Shown: in pieces, positions 25,801 to 39,448 of the stretch
Numbering within the stretch: the first letter of the stretch is position 1
Layout of the letters: each line of letters begins with the position of its first letter
Origin: Carcharhinus amblyrhynchos
Lineage: Eukaryota
Direction of reading: 5' to 3'
Assembly: GCA_965287045.1 (NCBI GenBank)
Contig: OZ336885.1
Location: forward strand, 63,922,001 to 63,986,000
DNA length: 64,000 nucleotides
The notes under the pieces: model-generated
Database searches by the model: none
What the model was told of the DNA's origin: nothing
The model's input: the letters and a program-made list of their open reading frames with translations, nothing else
Translations under genes and position numbers: made by a program

Positions 25801-28800
25801 CCTTATTCTACCCCCTGCTCATCCACAGCCGTCATTGGAGTGTAAAACACACATTGGCTCGCGTTCAGGCGCTTCTTAGCTGTTTGAACTGTTATATCAA
25901 TTTCACTTTGTCGTGTAGAATTGTCGTTACCGAATACTGTATTTTCGTTCCAGCCCTCGCATTATTTGTTACCTGTCGAAATCGAATTATGTATCTTTTA
26001 CTATGGAAGTGATATTTACTCAACACTTTGTGGGCGTACATTGAATTGCTGACTCCAATGTATCTAGACAACTATAGCTGCATCATATTTTTCCGTCTTC
26101 CAATTACTTCGTTGAAGGCGCTTCCTGGCATTTATGCTGTCTTCATATTAGCTTTGTAATTCGTGCTTGCACTTTTTGGGGCACCACACATGATATTTTC
26201 TTTCCATGATTAACTTCGTTCACTGAGAATTTTCATTTGACAAATATTCCGCCGAATATCTGTATTTTGTTTGCAATTTTAGAGTATATCTGTATATTTC
26301 AAAGTATAATTTACGAGATTTAGCATACCGTCGGGCAGCAATTCTACGGATGCCCCATGCAGATGGTCGCACGTCTTACCCTCTGTTTAATTTTCCGTTT
26401 TATTAGAGATAAATATTGTGAGTGTTGCAATTTGGGCATCAAACGCAAACATCCCCCTTATTCAATGAAGTGAGCTGAACTGAGACGACTTTATCGCAAT
26501 ATTTGTTCCAAATTTTCAAATAATCGGAAACAGAAGTGAGATAACATAACACAATATATACCAAACATTCCAATCTCCCCTATTGCCTGTCTCTCCATCC
26601 GAATCAGTCCCCTGATCTCTTGATCCTCCTCCTGCGACATATCTATTTAACATCCTTTTACAGTCGCTTTTACAACCCAGCATTTTAGCTTTTTGCATCA
26701 CGAATGTGGCATATGTCCAATTATCCGTGTGCGGATATATGGCTTAAATTTAGCCTTTGATTTGAAGACGTATATTTAGCTTCAAATGGACAGAGCTGTT
26801 GGTTTAACTTGGTTACAGATGAACATGTCACTCCTACATATTTGTTGAACACGGCATAAATGAAGGCTTGTCAGACATAATAACCATGTGGCAATTTCTA
26901 AAGCCCATGCGACTTTAGACCAATATGACACTGGCTGCATCTTTAACATTTGCTACTTTATATTTTTGAAACTTAACCTTTTTGTTGAGCTTTCTGTTTT
27001 TCTTCTGATGGGGCGGGGCGGTGGTGGGGAGAGAAATAAAAACAAGAAAAGTAGCATTAGCGATTCAATTAGTCAAAACAGATATGAATCAATTAAGTGT
27101 GATAGACGTGTATTGACATGACAATGGACGTCAGCTGCAGTTATTTTTGATGCCTCAAATCGCTTCACAAACTCCCTACTGATATTATGCAACTGTAATG
27201 ATACGTCCATGCATGTTGCACACACATTCTTAAGTTCAACCAGAAATTATACGCGACTGGATTATTCATCCTATAAATATCATACAATATAACACCAATG
27301 AAAGCAATGTACCAAATTTATGCAATTGCCTCGAATAAATGTCATAAATGAGCACGCTGATAGTGTATGATCGGGTTAATAATCACCGAAGTTTATAAAT
27401 CACGCAGGCTTATAGACCAAGGTCTTCTTCAAAGATCATTCACAGACAGACCAAGGCCATTAGTCTGGCAAAGAATATAAACCTGTCATCCGTAGCTGGA
27501 ATATGGGAGAGATCCACTGATAACGCAACGATCTGTACTATGAAGTTTTCACGCTAATTGGATATTGTAAGAAATTAAACATAAAGTGATTGTGTTTGAC
27601 TTATTGTAATTGCCTGCAATTGATTTTGAAAAGTTTTATTGCATTTGTATTCGAAATATATCAGCCTTTTTAGCTACATGGATCTGAACTGTACCTCCCC
27701 AGCGATCTTTCTATAGATTGTATAAAAACACTTGATCTAACAGAAATGTGTCACTTGCCTGGTTACTCGAAGAGCTAATTTGTGTTCAGTTAGAAGGCTG
27801 AAATCACGGCGCACGACAATTTTGGAGGAAGATATGACTCAAGCAAGCTGGGGATAAATGTGAGTATATATCGTCTGATTGACACTCTGAGCTGTACTAT
27901 TGCAAACCCTGCTGTAGTAACATATTTAGGGAGTGAAACCCGAGCCCAGATTAAACCAGTCAAAGGGAGTTTTGGGGGGTCGATCCAACCGTGATAAGCT
28001 ATGAGCGTGCAGCGTGTTCAAAGAGAACAGACCACGGAGAAAACTAAAAAAGACAAAGCCGAAAAAGCTGTAAGCTGCAAAAGGCAGTAAACAGGAAATG
28101 TGATATGTTAAAGTCGATAATGCAGAAAGCCATAAAGTCCGTCAACCAGAAGGCATATTTTGAGGAATGGGGAGGAGAAACAGCTTGCTCTTTATTCATT
28201 TTGACTAAGCTGCACTGCAGTAATAAGAATAGTAAAACTTGAAATGTAACCGATGTATATCCATCTCCAGTAGAGTCGTCTGCCTTTAAAATTATAACTT
28301 TGTGCTGTGTGTTGGAAATAAAGCTGAAGAAGTTTATCAGGCACTGAAGTTTAGCTGCATGGTGCTGTCACTTTATGAACTGGGAGTGAGTTGAGCAAAA
28401 TAATATGGGCTGTGATTATATTGCGTGCTACGTTCTGTTTGAGTTTTGTACAAAAGTTAACAATTTCTGCAACCAGTTGACCTGATTGTACATCTCTCTG
28501 GAACTCGTGCTTTCATTCGCACATAATGACACATTTATGAGAAGGAATTTATGACAAGATATGTGAGCAGGTGGGAGGAATATGAAACAACTGTACAAAT
28601 GTGATACCCTTAATTTGTTAGGGTTAATTAAAACTTGATTGATTTGAAGTTATTGTGAAATCTCTATGTTGCATTGATCTTGAATCAAAACTTCTTGTCA
28701 GGTTGGCAAGAATTGGCAATGAAAATAGAACCCTAGAATTAGGTCCCCATTGTTTGTTAGGTGTGAAATTAAAAGAGTGATGATGTAATGATGTTTATTT

Positions 28801-29819
28801 GAGTAATTTGACTCAATCCCTGTTGAGAGGAGCAGAGGCAGCTGAAGATGTATTTAAATTTCCAGGAATTGGAACTAAAATATTTTGATAGTGAACTATC
28901 AGGTATGTTCAGATGAATTCATTCATTCTGCTGCAAGCTTTTTTGGTTGTTATTGTTAGTTTTGTGACTGATAACTGCAAATTGAAGATACTTGAGGTTT
29001 TTTTTTGCAATAAAGCCGTGGATGTTTCATCATGGGCAGACAAATTAAGTGAACCAATTCAGATCACGGGGAAGTAACTGATCACAGTACACAATGCGAT
29101 GTGAATTCTGAAGATCGGGAAAAACGAACACCAGACCGGCTTGTGGTGCGATCAACTGGAAAGCCTGCCACTGCGAGCAACAGTGCAGCGTTTTATAATT
29201 AGACAAAACGGAAATGAATTAGTGTGATAGATGAACATTGAAGGAAAGGAACACACATATGATGTGCAAATGAGATGGTTGGAATTGAACAGAGTAATAG
29301 TATGGGACAGCTGGCGTGACCCTATTGGTCAAAGTGCAACAGTCGTGTGAATGGAGAGCAAAAAAACAAGGTAGTCAGTATTTGAATCGCGTAGAAGGGA
29401 ATTATTGATGACATTGACTTGATCGTAATGAGAACGACCATATTGGGAAAAAATAATACAAAAAGAAGACTTAAAGAAAATGGGACAGTTAAATTGATAA
29501 CGATAGTTCTAAGCACACAAATGTTTAAGAGATAAAATAGGAACTAATGGGGATTTGGAAGCACACAGCGCTGTCGTTTGATATTTAAGACAATTCTGAT
29601 GAAGGATAAATATGTTTTTTTTAGCAAGCTACATTTACAATAATGTTCTCCACGGCAGACAAATTCAAATAGGTTAACATCCATACAAAAGTATAAAATG
29701 ATGATTTCTGTTTTTTTTTTAAACAAGCGGAATGGCATTATGCAATTAAAACAAAAGTTACAAGGAATTCGAAAGTAGATGGAAATTAGGACATTGATTG
29801 TAATTCAGATCATTGAAAT

Positions 29820-30775
29820 ACTTAGACTGCACACTGATGTATTTTCTGATGAAAACAAAGTATGGACGGGTGGATAAATTGGTCGGTATTTCTTCATGAT
29901 ATTTGTGCTCATATTTATGAATTTTTAGAGAAAAAAATCTGATAATTGGCCGCCAACAGTGCCACGTGCACCAAACAACATTCGATGTGACTAAGTTGTA
30001 CACTGTGGAAGAGGGAATGGAGGCAGAGACTATTTTCTAAATGATAAAATGTTTAGGAAATAAGAAACACAAAGGGGCTTGGGAGTCATCTTTCAAGGTT
30101 CTGTTAAGGTTAATATACAGGTTCAGGTGGCAGTTAGGAAGGCAAATGCAGTGTTCGCATTCATATCGAAAGGGCGAGTATGCAAGCGCAGGGATGTAAT
30201 GCTGAGGCCGTATAAGACTCTGGTGAGATCCCATATGAAGTATTGTAAGCAAGTTCGGGCCCAATATCTCAGGAAGGATGCGATGGCTTTGAAAATTTTC
30301 CAGAAAATGCTCCCTGGGATTATGAATTTGTCGTAAAACGGTTGAGGAATATGGGTCTGTACTCGTTGGAGTTTAGAAGGATGAGCGGGGATCTTATTGA
30401 AAGTTGCAGGATACTGTGACATCTTGATAGAGTGGATGTTGAGAGGATGCTTCCACTAAGAGGAAAACAAAACGAGAAACAGACAGCAAAACCTCAGGCT
30501 AAAGGGACAGTACGTTATAACAGTGATGAAGAACAGTGTCTTCAACCAGCGAGTGGCGATTCTGTGAACTTATTGTTACAGAAGGGTGTGGAGGCCAAGT
30601 CATTGGGTGAAATTCCGATTGAGATAGAAATGTTCTTTATTAATAAAAGGATCAAGGACTATTGGGACAAGGCAGGGCAATGGGGATATAATAAAGTATC
30701 TGCCATAAATGAATGGCGGAACAGACTCAATGGGCCGAGTGGCAAAATTTTGTTCCTATGTCTTACGGTCTTGTC
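29820..30775 (+). mobile_element. CR1 LINE 3' part
   Basis: QVAVRKANAVFAFISKG..YKTLVRSHMKYC..YLRKD; tail ttcctatgtcttacggtctt. Confidence 0.9.
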
Positions 30776-31549
30776 TTCTAAAACTTCAAAATATTTTCAC
30801 CAGGTCACCTGAGGGCCAAGGACGTGTTCACATGATATTGGGCTACTGTTAAAATATACACGAGTTACATATGAAATAACTGATATGCAAGTGATCACTC
30901 TCCAACAGACAAATTTAATTGTTTGGAAGTGCTTACAAAGATTTATTAAAGGAAAAGATTTAAATATGCGCACAACTAGAGGAATAATCTGGCGTGAAAT
31001 TAAACATTGGACCAAAGGGAAGTTGGTCACACCAAGAAGCATCATAATATTATTTCTGAGCGTTCACTACAGAAAGTGACATATCAGACAGATCAATTTG
31101 ATAGATATGATGGGTCGGTGCTGGTGGTGAAACGACTGGGGATGAAAACTGCACATCTTTCAAACAGTGCGCTACGTTTGTCGAGAACAACCCAGGAAAT
31201 GCCATTAACAAATGAACAATCACCAACCTTTTCTCAGAGGCAATTGGGAACGAATTTTATAAGTCTGTTACTCCCATGACAAAGCACAGAAATATTTACT
31301 AGTTATTATGGGGAAAGAAGAAACAGTGGATTGGACCCATTATACAGGGCCGATTAATCCCTTATAAGAAATCAAGGAGAGGGAACAAATGCAGTAACAT
31401 GTGGATGCAGGAGCCAAAGTTACTTTAAACAATTGAGAGAAATATTGGGTAAAGAAAGAAATTGGAGACTGATCGCCAGGGCAGGATTTGCAGAGCGGAC
31501 TGCAAGTTTAATAATCGGGTATACCAGAACTTGTCCAGAAGATGACTGC

Positions 31550-32211
31550 TGTTATCGGACAACACATTTTATGAAACTGGGGACACAAGATGGAAGCAGA
31601 CTAAAGTTGCATTCAGAGCCTCCCCACTAAAGGTCACAAGGGAACAGATACAGACGAGCAGGCAAGCACATGCTTTTAGAATGCAAATAAGGGCTAGCAC
31701 ACAAACGGAACCGGATAGGATGTCACCTACAGGAACTAAATTAAACAATACACCCCCATCCAACTAAATCAACATCTCTGATCTAATCAAGCAGAACTCT
31801 ATGGAGACATCTAAAAATTAGCATCACGAAGGAAGCATCCTTGGCCCCACAAACTTACTGAGAATAGTCAAACACCCATTGTTCAAACCCCGGAGGTTCT
31901 AGACCATGAATAAGCCCATCAGACAGAAACGATTAACACACGCTTAAAAACATCCTTCCAATACTTGAAGACATCGAAACAGGGTGGTCAGAGGCGAATA
32001 CTGTAAACACAACATTAGCATTTGAATTGTACAATGTATCAGGTTCAGTTATAATTGTAGCCCATTGCGACGGGTCTTTAGAGTGCTTTCGGGACAGTTC
32101 GGTTTGTATGCCCTGACTGCACCTCCGTCGACGTAAAACAAGATAACGCTGTACCGCTGTTGAACTTCACCCTGAGTCCGTAGTGGTCTTGTTCGCCCAC
32201 TCGCGCTAACA
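31550..32211 (+). mobile_element. Solo LTR, family A, copy 2
   Basis: TGTTAT...CTAACA with a 4-bp TSD CTGC; inverted homolog of copies 1 and 3. Confidence 0.9.
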
Positions 32212-32925
32212 CTGCAAATGTAGGACTGGAGCACAATAGTCTCCAACTGCGATGGCAAGGATATGATGATGTGATTATGACAGGTGATACATGCACGTTG
32301 CAAATAGAATGATAGGAAGTGGGCGGAAACATTATACTTCGTCAAATATGTACGCAGACCCTGACAAAATTAACAACCGCCCCACTGGTGGAGGAGAGCA
32401 TATATGTCTTAGGAGGCTTCTCTCTACTCTGAATACTGTCGTGGAATTGAATACATCCATTACGCACTGGAGAAATGGAACGGTGGAGAAGGAAACTTAC
32501 CATCTGGATCTGCGAAGATCCTTCGCCCCGAGAAAGGCAGGACTTACAAATCTGAATCAGAGATCCAGGCTGTAAGCTTTCTCAGATGGGATCCTGAGGT
32601 ACAAAAGACTCACCGAAGGTAAATCGGATATTTAATGTATCGGTGATTTAGATATTGGCGTCGACGAAACATTTATACAATGGTTTATACTTGGCTTTGA
32701 GGGCAAGCACTGCCAAGGATATGTAAACATGTAGTAAATGTGACTTGAATTTTGAGATGTTAGGTGTTACCATGTTAATATCATTTGATAACAGACAACT
32801 AATGGCGACTGAAATTGCAAAAAAGAAATCGCTTTTTCAATCTCGGTAAAGCAAGTTCGATTGAGATATGAAAACAAATAATTGATTTGAAAAAAATAAA
32901 CTGGGAAAACGTTTGGTCATCTCAC

Positions 32926-32961
32926 CTAAATTATTCAGTGATTTTTCCCAGTCTTTTAGAT
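32926..32961 (-). CDS. Micro-exon, 36 nt, phase 1: (N/D)LKDWEKSLNNL
   Basis: ttttattttactgcacgtag|ATCTAAAAGACTGGGAAAAATCACTGAATAATTTAG|gtgaga. Confidence 0.8.
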
Positions 32962-32984
32962 CTACGTGCAGTAAAATAAAATTA

Positions 32985-33617
32985 CCCCAGAATGAGAAGA
33001 CGTGAACATATTACAATGAAATAGTGCAGAATCTGGAAATTCTAAAGTAAGCACAATTGCCAATAATTATTCTTATTACAATGCAGCAACGGCTTCAATT
33101 GGATAGTATACAGGGGATGCACATGGTCTATGCACTGTCGGAAGTAATCTGCAGATGCAAAATTGTGTTCAAAGTTAACACACTCCAATATCTCTTCATA
33201 TTAATAAAGCAAATTAGTACCTCGAAATAGATGTAAGACATCGGCACTAAGTCAGGCTTTCATTCAAATACGTCAGTTTTACGTGGAGAGAAAAAAAAAC
33301 ATAGGCATGTTGATAGATGATTTAATTCTGAAAAAAAAGACTGAGGTATGGCCTGCGCTGCTATTTGCTACTAGTCGTTGTTCGAATGAACTAATTTTGC
33401 AATGGAATGAAATAATTGTTTTTTTGAGAAATACGTTTTTCTCAGTTTCCAATATTTAGTAAGTTGATTATCCCAGAATGAAAAGAGGTGAACAATATTA
33501 CAATGAAATTATTCAGAATCTGGAAATTCTAAAATAAGCACAATTGCCAATAATTATTCTTATTACAGTGCAACAACGGCCTCAGTTGGATAGCATAGAG
33601 AGAATGCACATGGTTTA
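32985..33617. repeat. Direct duplication, ~145-bp cores at 32985-33130 and 33471-33617
   Basis: Shared cagaatctggaaattctaaa.taagcacaattgccaataattattcttattaca. Confidence 0.92.
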
Positions 33618-33669
33618 CCATCAATTGTCTCTTAATTTCAGGAAGCAAAATGCCACACCAATGACTTAC

Positions 33670-33684
33670 TCTTTGCTGTTTTGT
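33670..33684 (-). CDS. Micro-exon, 15 nt, phase 1: (D)KTAK
   Basis: tttttttttctgcatcacag|ACAAAACAGCAAAGA|gtaagt; acceptor resembles that of 9739-9753. Confidence 0.8.
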
Positions 33685-33836
33685 CTGTGATGCAGAAAAA
33701 AAAACAAATTACATTTATGAACGAAAATATGCGTTGATTGAAGCTGTGGCATAATTGCACTGTTAGCGTTTCAATGTCAATACACGCATACCGTCACACC
33801 CTTTGAAGAAATGCCACTAATGACTGATGTAGTTAC

Positions 33837-33859
33837 CTAACAGTTCCTTGTCAATTATA
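33837..33859 (-). CDS. Candidate 23-nt exon (phase 2 to 1): IIDKELL
   Basis: ttttcttgttttcgttcggaattag|TATAATTGACAAGGAACTGTTAG|gtaact; not a multiple of 3. Confidence 0.4.
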
Positions 33860-35745
33860 CTAATTCCGAACGAAAACAAGAAAATTGCCTTGCCTGGATG
33901 CATCCACGTTTGTTGTATTTGCCTACTGGACTGCAAATTTCAGGCCTTAATGGAAAATGACCCAACTAACTGCTCGACTTTTCTATCATAACGTACAAAA
34001 TACTTTTTTTAAGATTGGAAATGGGCACATAAACATTTCATATCCAACACTGCTTTAAATTCTCAAGGGCCACAAAATTACGTCATTTTCGGGAGAATTT
34101 TGAAATCACATGGTGCCACCTTCACTGTCAACTATTATAGTCGATATGGAGACTTGGCTGCAAATTTTCTATCTCATTAGCGCATAGAAATTAAGCGGAA
34201 GCAAAAAAGGTCACACGGCGTATTTTTCGAGGTGACTTCGACAATGAATAATTTAAGTCAATTCAATAAGCTGAATTTCAGCTTAACTGTGCACTATCCA
34301 CTTGAATTTCATACTCACACTTCCAAACATGCATGATATCGTTACTTATGAAAATGTTTGAATTCCCTTCAAAGTCAGATTTTGAAAACTAGGATTTTCG
34401 TCACAAACAGCTCAAAGGAAATAATACCTTTTAATCACAGTTTTAAATGAATATCTTTTTTTTCAAACCGTGTCATACAATATTTCATTTTTCTGCACAA
34501 TTAAATACGCTGTTCACATTTACTCCATTAAGATCCTTTGGGAGAGTGTGTGTCTCAAACACTGATGGCTTACTCCCCTGAATATGTCACGTAAAAATAA
34601 ACATATCAATTTGCATGCGAAACTTCAATTTCAATGCCATATTTCGAAATTTCAATGCCAGCACGATGTGTTACTGTGAATAATTAGAATGCCTAATATG
34701 TTTTCTCTGTGGGCTAGGTGAGTGTAGCAGTAAGATGGTGTAGAATAGCATTCTACAAATAAATAATAAGTATACATCTTGGTCTTTAATCTGTTCGTGA
34801 TTGTACTCTACTGAGATAATTATTGGCCTGGGCAACCATATTGTATGCTGCTGCACACAGGCGTGCATTTATTATAAGACAGTTATCTGATGTAGGATGA
34901 ATATCTGAGTTGAGTTCTTTTTTAAATGAATCTATTTAGGGCAATATTCTTCTCAAGGATATGTTAAAGTTCTTCCCTGTTTAATCAACGCTGGTCTTTC
35001 CATTCCTGACAAGCTGAGAATGTATAACAATCATTGAGCCTACATCTTGAGACGTTTGTTTTCATCTGTGCTCATGGCGCGGATGCGGTGGTTCTCCTTG
35101 GCGATTGACGGTAACGTTGAATGCAATTGATCGACGCGAGTCAGTCACCTGACGGATTAAGATAGGGTTACCGATATATATATATATATAAATAGCCAGA
35201 CCATGTCTCTCTCCATGTGCATCTCATAGTGTGGAAATTGCTTTAAAATAAGCTTCACGATCCAAATGTTTTCTGGAGGCTGAAGGGTGTGCCGGATTCA
35301 CAGACGCATTTAAGACATAAGCGCTTTTGTTTTCTGACTGCTTTGCCGGCAAAAACCGAACAGAGGCATGTTAAAGCATTTCAATGCGGGGATGTTCAGC
35401 GAATTGTCTTTATTTTACTGAACGTTTCAAACATTGTTAAGCAACTATTATTTTGACAAAAAAAAAACCGTTGCATTGGATCAATAGAAACATGCCTTTG
35501 TGAAACGCCTTATACTCGCAATAAAACCAAAGACAAATGCAGCTGTGATGTAGTCCGTCTTCATAAGATACTTTGGAGTTTCTGATGTGGCTCAGAATCG
35601 AGTGGAGTCTCACTTCATAGCCTAACGTCTGATTGACAATCTCAATCTTTATGCAGCACCATAACTCGTCTCCAACGCCAACGGTGTCGCCAATTCAGCG
35701 ATATCACATCACAATCGTAATATTGGTGTAAACGATGAACCTTAC

Positions 35746-35790
35746 CATGGCAATGACAAGCGCACGCTCATTTAGGTGCCATATGTTTCC
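35746..35790 (-). CDS. Candidate 45-nt exon; phase 1 reads GKHMAPK-stop, phase 0 is open and ends in ATG
   Basis: ggttttgtaagcag|GGAAAC...GCCATG|gtaagg. Confidence 0.4.
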
Positions 35791-35902
35791 CTGCTTACAA
35801 AACCGATGTTGTCAAAAGATATATGTCAAATAAACCAGCTCTGCAGTCTTCTTTTTTTGTTGTTGTACTTTTATGTTCGTTCTGCGTTAATATCCTGCTC
35901 AC

Positions 35903-35938
35903 CAAGTTCGTTGACTTTGTTTTTCAAGTTTTCTATTT
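35903..35938 (-). CDS. Micro-exon, 36 nt, phase 1: (E)IENLKNKVNEL
   Basis: atatttgtgtttcag|AAATAGAAAACTTGAAAAACAAAGTCAACGAACTTG|gtgagc. Confidence 0.8.
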
Positions 35939-36720
35939 CTGAAACACAAATATCTGAATCGACATTTGCTCCTTCAGTGATTTCTCCTCATCATGACTTC
36001 TATCATCATTGTTCCTCAAAACTAGCAACTTCAATACTTTCATATTCATATTCGCAATTGTTAGTTTGTGTTGAAATTTGATGGTCCCAATATAATCTCT
36101 CGACATCCCAACGTATGTCAGCTATAATTAAAAATACAATTGATGTTTTCTATTTTGGAAATGCAGCAGCGACTTTGTATTTGCACACGCTCTGAAAAAC
36201 TGCAAAAAAAAATAGTGTTTGATATTGTCCATTAATATGAAAGTTCAGATATGTCACGTTGCCTTTTTTTTTAACCCCAGTCTGAGTTCTGAACTATACG
36301 AGAGTGATTATTTGTCTCAAACTTGCCAGTTGTTTCTGGCAGTCTGGCGATTTTGCACAAGATAATGATGTGAGAAAAGACAACAATAATATGATTGAGA
36401 TTCTTGGAACTTCTGACTGAGTGCTTCCCGCTGGCGCAATGTGCTGACTTGTTTGCTACAGGCGGGATTCTCTGGTCCGCCCGCTGTGCATCAGAATTTC
36501 GTTTGATGTCACCACATGCCGGCAGGGAACCTCGGGTGTGGGTGCACTGCCGGCGGTGCTAGAGATCTCTGGAGTCTTCAAGGATTCGATGCAGTGTTCC
36601 AAGATGTTAAAAAAGAATCAGTCAAATCAGTTTTCTCACGACGTAGGCCAAATGAAAGAAAACATATATATAGTATACGCAAAAATCAGCATTTGGTTGA
36701 CAACTACATATATATCATAC

Positions 36721-36747
36721 CTTCAGATTTTTGATTGAGTTCATTTT
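36721..36747 (-). CDS. Micro-exon, 27 nt, phase 1: (E/K)NELNQKSE
   Basis: cctcatctcgcag|AAAATGAACTCAATCAAAAATCTGAAG|gtatga. Confidence 0.75.
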
Positions 36748-37207
36748 CTGCGAGATGAGGTCAACATGTACAATCCAAATCTTAATTCCAGTGGCGCACT
36801 CATAGTTAGCATTAACACCAGGTTTTCTTATTTTCCATTGAAATAGTTGAGCCGCTGGCGAGATAAGCAATTATTGTCCATCCTCCTTATATTTAAAAGT
36901 TCGGATAGAAGCGCAACATACATTAATTTGAATCGTTCCACTATAAATTGCAACACTCAGTGGAAAATCTCCGGTCCAGCGGCAACACAATCATATGAGC
37001 CTTGGAACAGAATTTGGCAAGTCTGTCGACCGAGTCTGTGCCGCTACTCAATAATAAGTGGTGAAATAAAATTAAGATTTATTTATTAGTCAGTAGTATG
37101 CTTATGTTAACACTACAATTTAATTACAGTCAGAAAAATAAAACGCAATCAACAGACCCCAGCGCCTGTTTGGGTACATTCAGAGTATGGAACGTCCAAA
37201 GAACCGA

Positions 37208-38759
37208 ACTCGAATGATACACGGAATGTGGGAGGAATCTCGAGAAAACACATGCAGACACGATAGAGAACGTGGAGACGCAACACAGTGACACAGCCTG
37301 GGTAATCATACCAAGATTTCTGGCGCAATGTGGCAGCAGTGCACCCACTGTGCCATTCACAGTTTCATTGTTTTGACTTCTGCTCGTCACATTTGATCTT
37401 TATCTTCACCTGTCGAGAACCAATCGTTCTCCATCTTAACTACGCTCAAATACTAGGTCCAAATAGCCTTCTATGACAATGAATTTCAAAGATTCGCCAC
37501 CGTCTGGCTGAGGAAACTCTTCATTGTGTGTTCTCCAATTGATTTGCCCCTTCGTTTGACACTGTGCATTCGGATCATAGTTTTTTTTTTCTCGACGAAT
37601 CGAAGTGCGTTCCCAAATCATCCAGTTATTGACGAGCTGAATGAAATCAGGAACGAAAATCGTCATGAGGAAATTGATGGAATGAAAGCTGGATAAATAT
37701 CCATGTCCTGAAAGTCTTTAATCCGCGTATTTGAGGAATCGGTCATGGGGGAAAAAATAGCTCCAGTCGTGTCTAAAATATCATATGGACTGCAAATTGG
37801 GAACACCTCACTCGAATGGAAGAACCTCAAACGTTAAAAAATGGACTGAGGAAATGAATTTAACCTTTCTCCAAGGGCCTGACGGGGCATTCCATAACGT
37901 TGCTGCTTGAGGAATCACACTGATCAAGATTTCAGTTTCAGTTTGAACATTGCAACACTAACAATCAGAAACACAAACAGGAAAAAAAAATCAAATATTC
38001 AGAACTGAAATTTGAAATTGTCACGGTGCTTTGGATCTTCCTGTGCACAGGTTATCCGCAGAACCTTCCAAATTAACAACAGTGAGGTCACATTAAAATT
38101 AATCTAACCAGCTGTCAATAACTCTTGCTGGACTGGAGTTAAAGTCTCTAAGTTTATATGGGTATAATTTTGGAACAAAACTTGTACTTTAGACACGAAT
38201 TGAGCTACTTTTTTTTTCCCCATGACCGATTCCTCAGATACGCGGAGTGAAGACTATCAGGACATGAATATTTATCCAGCTTTCATTCTATCAATTTCCT
38301 CATATCGATTTTCTTTCCTGATTTCATTCAGCTCGTCAATAGACTGGATGATTTGGGAACGTACTTCGATTCGGCGAAAAAAAAAACTATGATCCGAATG
38401 CACAGTGTCAAACGAAGGGGCAAATCAATTGGAGAACACACAATGAAGAATTTCCTCAGCCAGACGGTGGCGAATCTTTGAAATTCATTGCCATAGAAGG
38501 CTGCTGGGACCTAGTATTTGAGCGTAGTTAAGATGGAGAACGATGAGTTCTCGCCTGGTGAAGATAAAGATCAAATGTGACGAGCAGGAGTCAAAACAAT
38601 GAAATTGAGAATGGCATAGTGGGTGCACTGCTGCCACAATGCGCCAGAAATCTTGGTATGATTACCCAGGCTGTGTCACTGTGTTGCGTCTCCACGTTCT
38701 CTATCGTGTCAGCATGCGTTTCCTCGAGATTCCTCCCACATTCCGTGTATCATTCGAGT
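37208..38759. repeat. Long inverted duplication: arms 37208-37780 and 38185-38759, ~404-bp spacer
   Basis: Mirror ORFs in the track; 8 differences counted in the outer 183 bp; arms consist of an HE1 SINE piece plus CR1 pieces. Confidence 0.95.
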
Positions 38760-39448
38760 GTGTCCATCTTTACAATGCAGGCAAATTTTCCAGGTCATTG
38801 CATGCACACTAAGGTCTTTCAGTATTATGTAAATATAAAAGAGATTTCCACTATAACCCCCATTTTCTATTAAACTCCGTCGAAAAGACGCAGGGTCCTC
38901 AAATACTCCAAAAAACGTCAAGCCTTTCACGTGCGTGTCACTCGTCTGTACCTCCGCTCGACTGTTTCCAAGACCAACTCATCCTTCCTTTCAAATGGTA
39001 CCCACATTTCTTGCAGCCTTCCAAAACGTGATCGCTGGGAAATTGCTATGACAGTGTACCATTTTGCAAGCAAACCGGCGTTGGCCATTTTGTGTTGTGA
39101 ATTAATTACACGTGGATATGAACGGATGAGTACGAAACGTTTCTCTTTCCTTTCGGTGTTTCTCGTCATTTGTTCAAATCAGAAATTTATAAACAAATCA
39201 CGAGGCGAATAATGTATGCGAGACGTTGAATTTAGTTCTGGAGGAGCACATATATATCTACATTAGCCTTGCAAGCATTGTACTTGCATTTAACAGGTGA
39301 TATGGGCGTTCTTCTTCCGGCATGTACTATCGGGGAGAATTCGCTCACCAATACCCAAACATATGCAATTCTGAGAATTATTTCTTTTTTCAGTGATAGA
39401 GAATGTTCGAAACATATGGTCAAGGGTTTTTTTTTCAAAAATACTTAC

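Noticed and set aside
26329-26343. 15-nt minus candidate exon (E)LLPD
   Set aside because: Fits size and phase, but the acceptor is G-rich and weak.
27200-29800. Possible LTR plus decayed internal region
   Set aside because: No recognisable protein motif, paired LTR or TSD.
37130-38873. Duplicated ORF pair MTSRSQNNE...
   Set aside because: Chance ORFs over the HE1 SINE in the inverted duplication arms.
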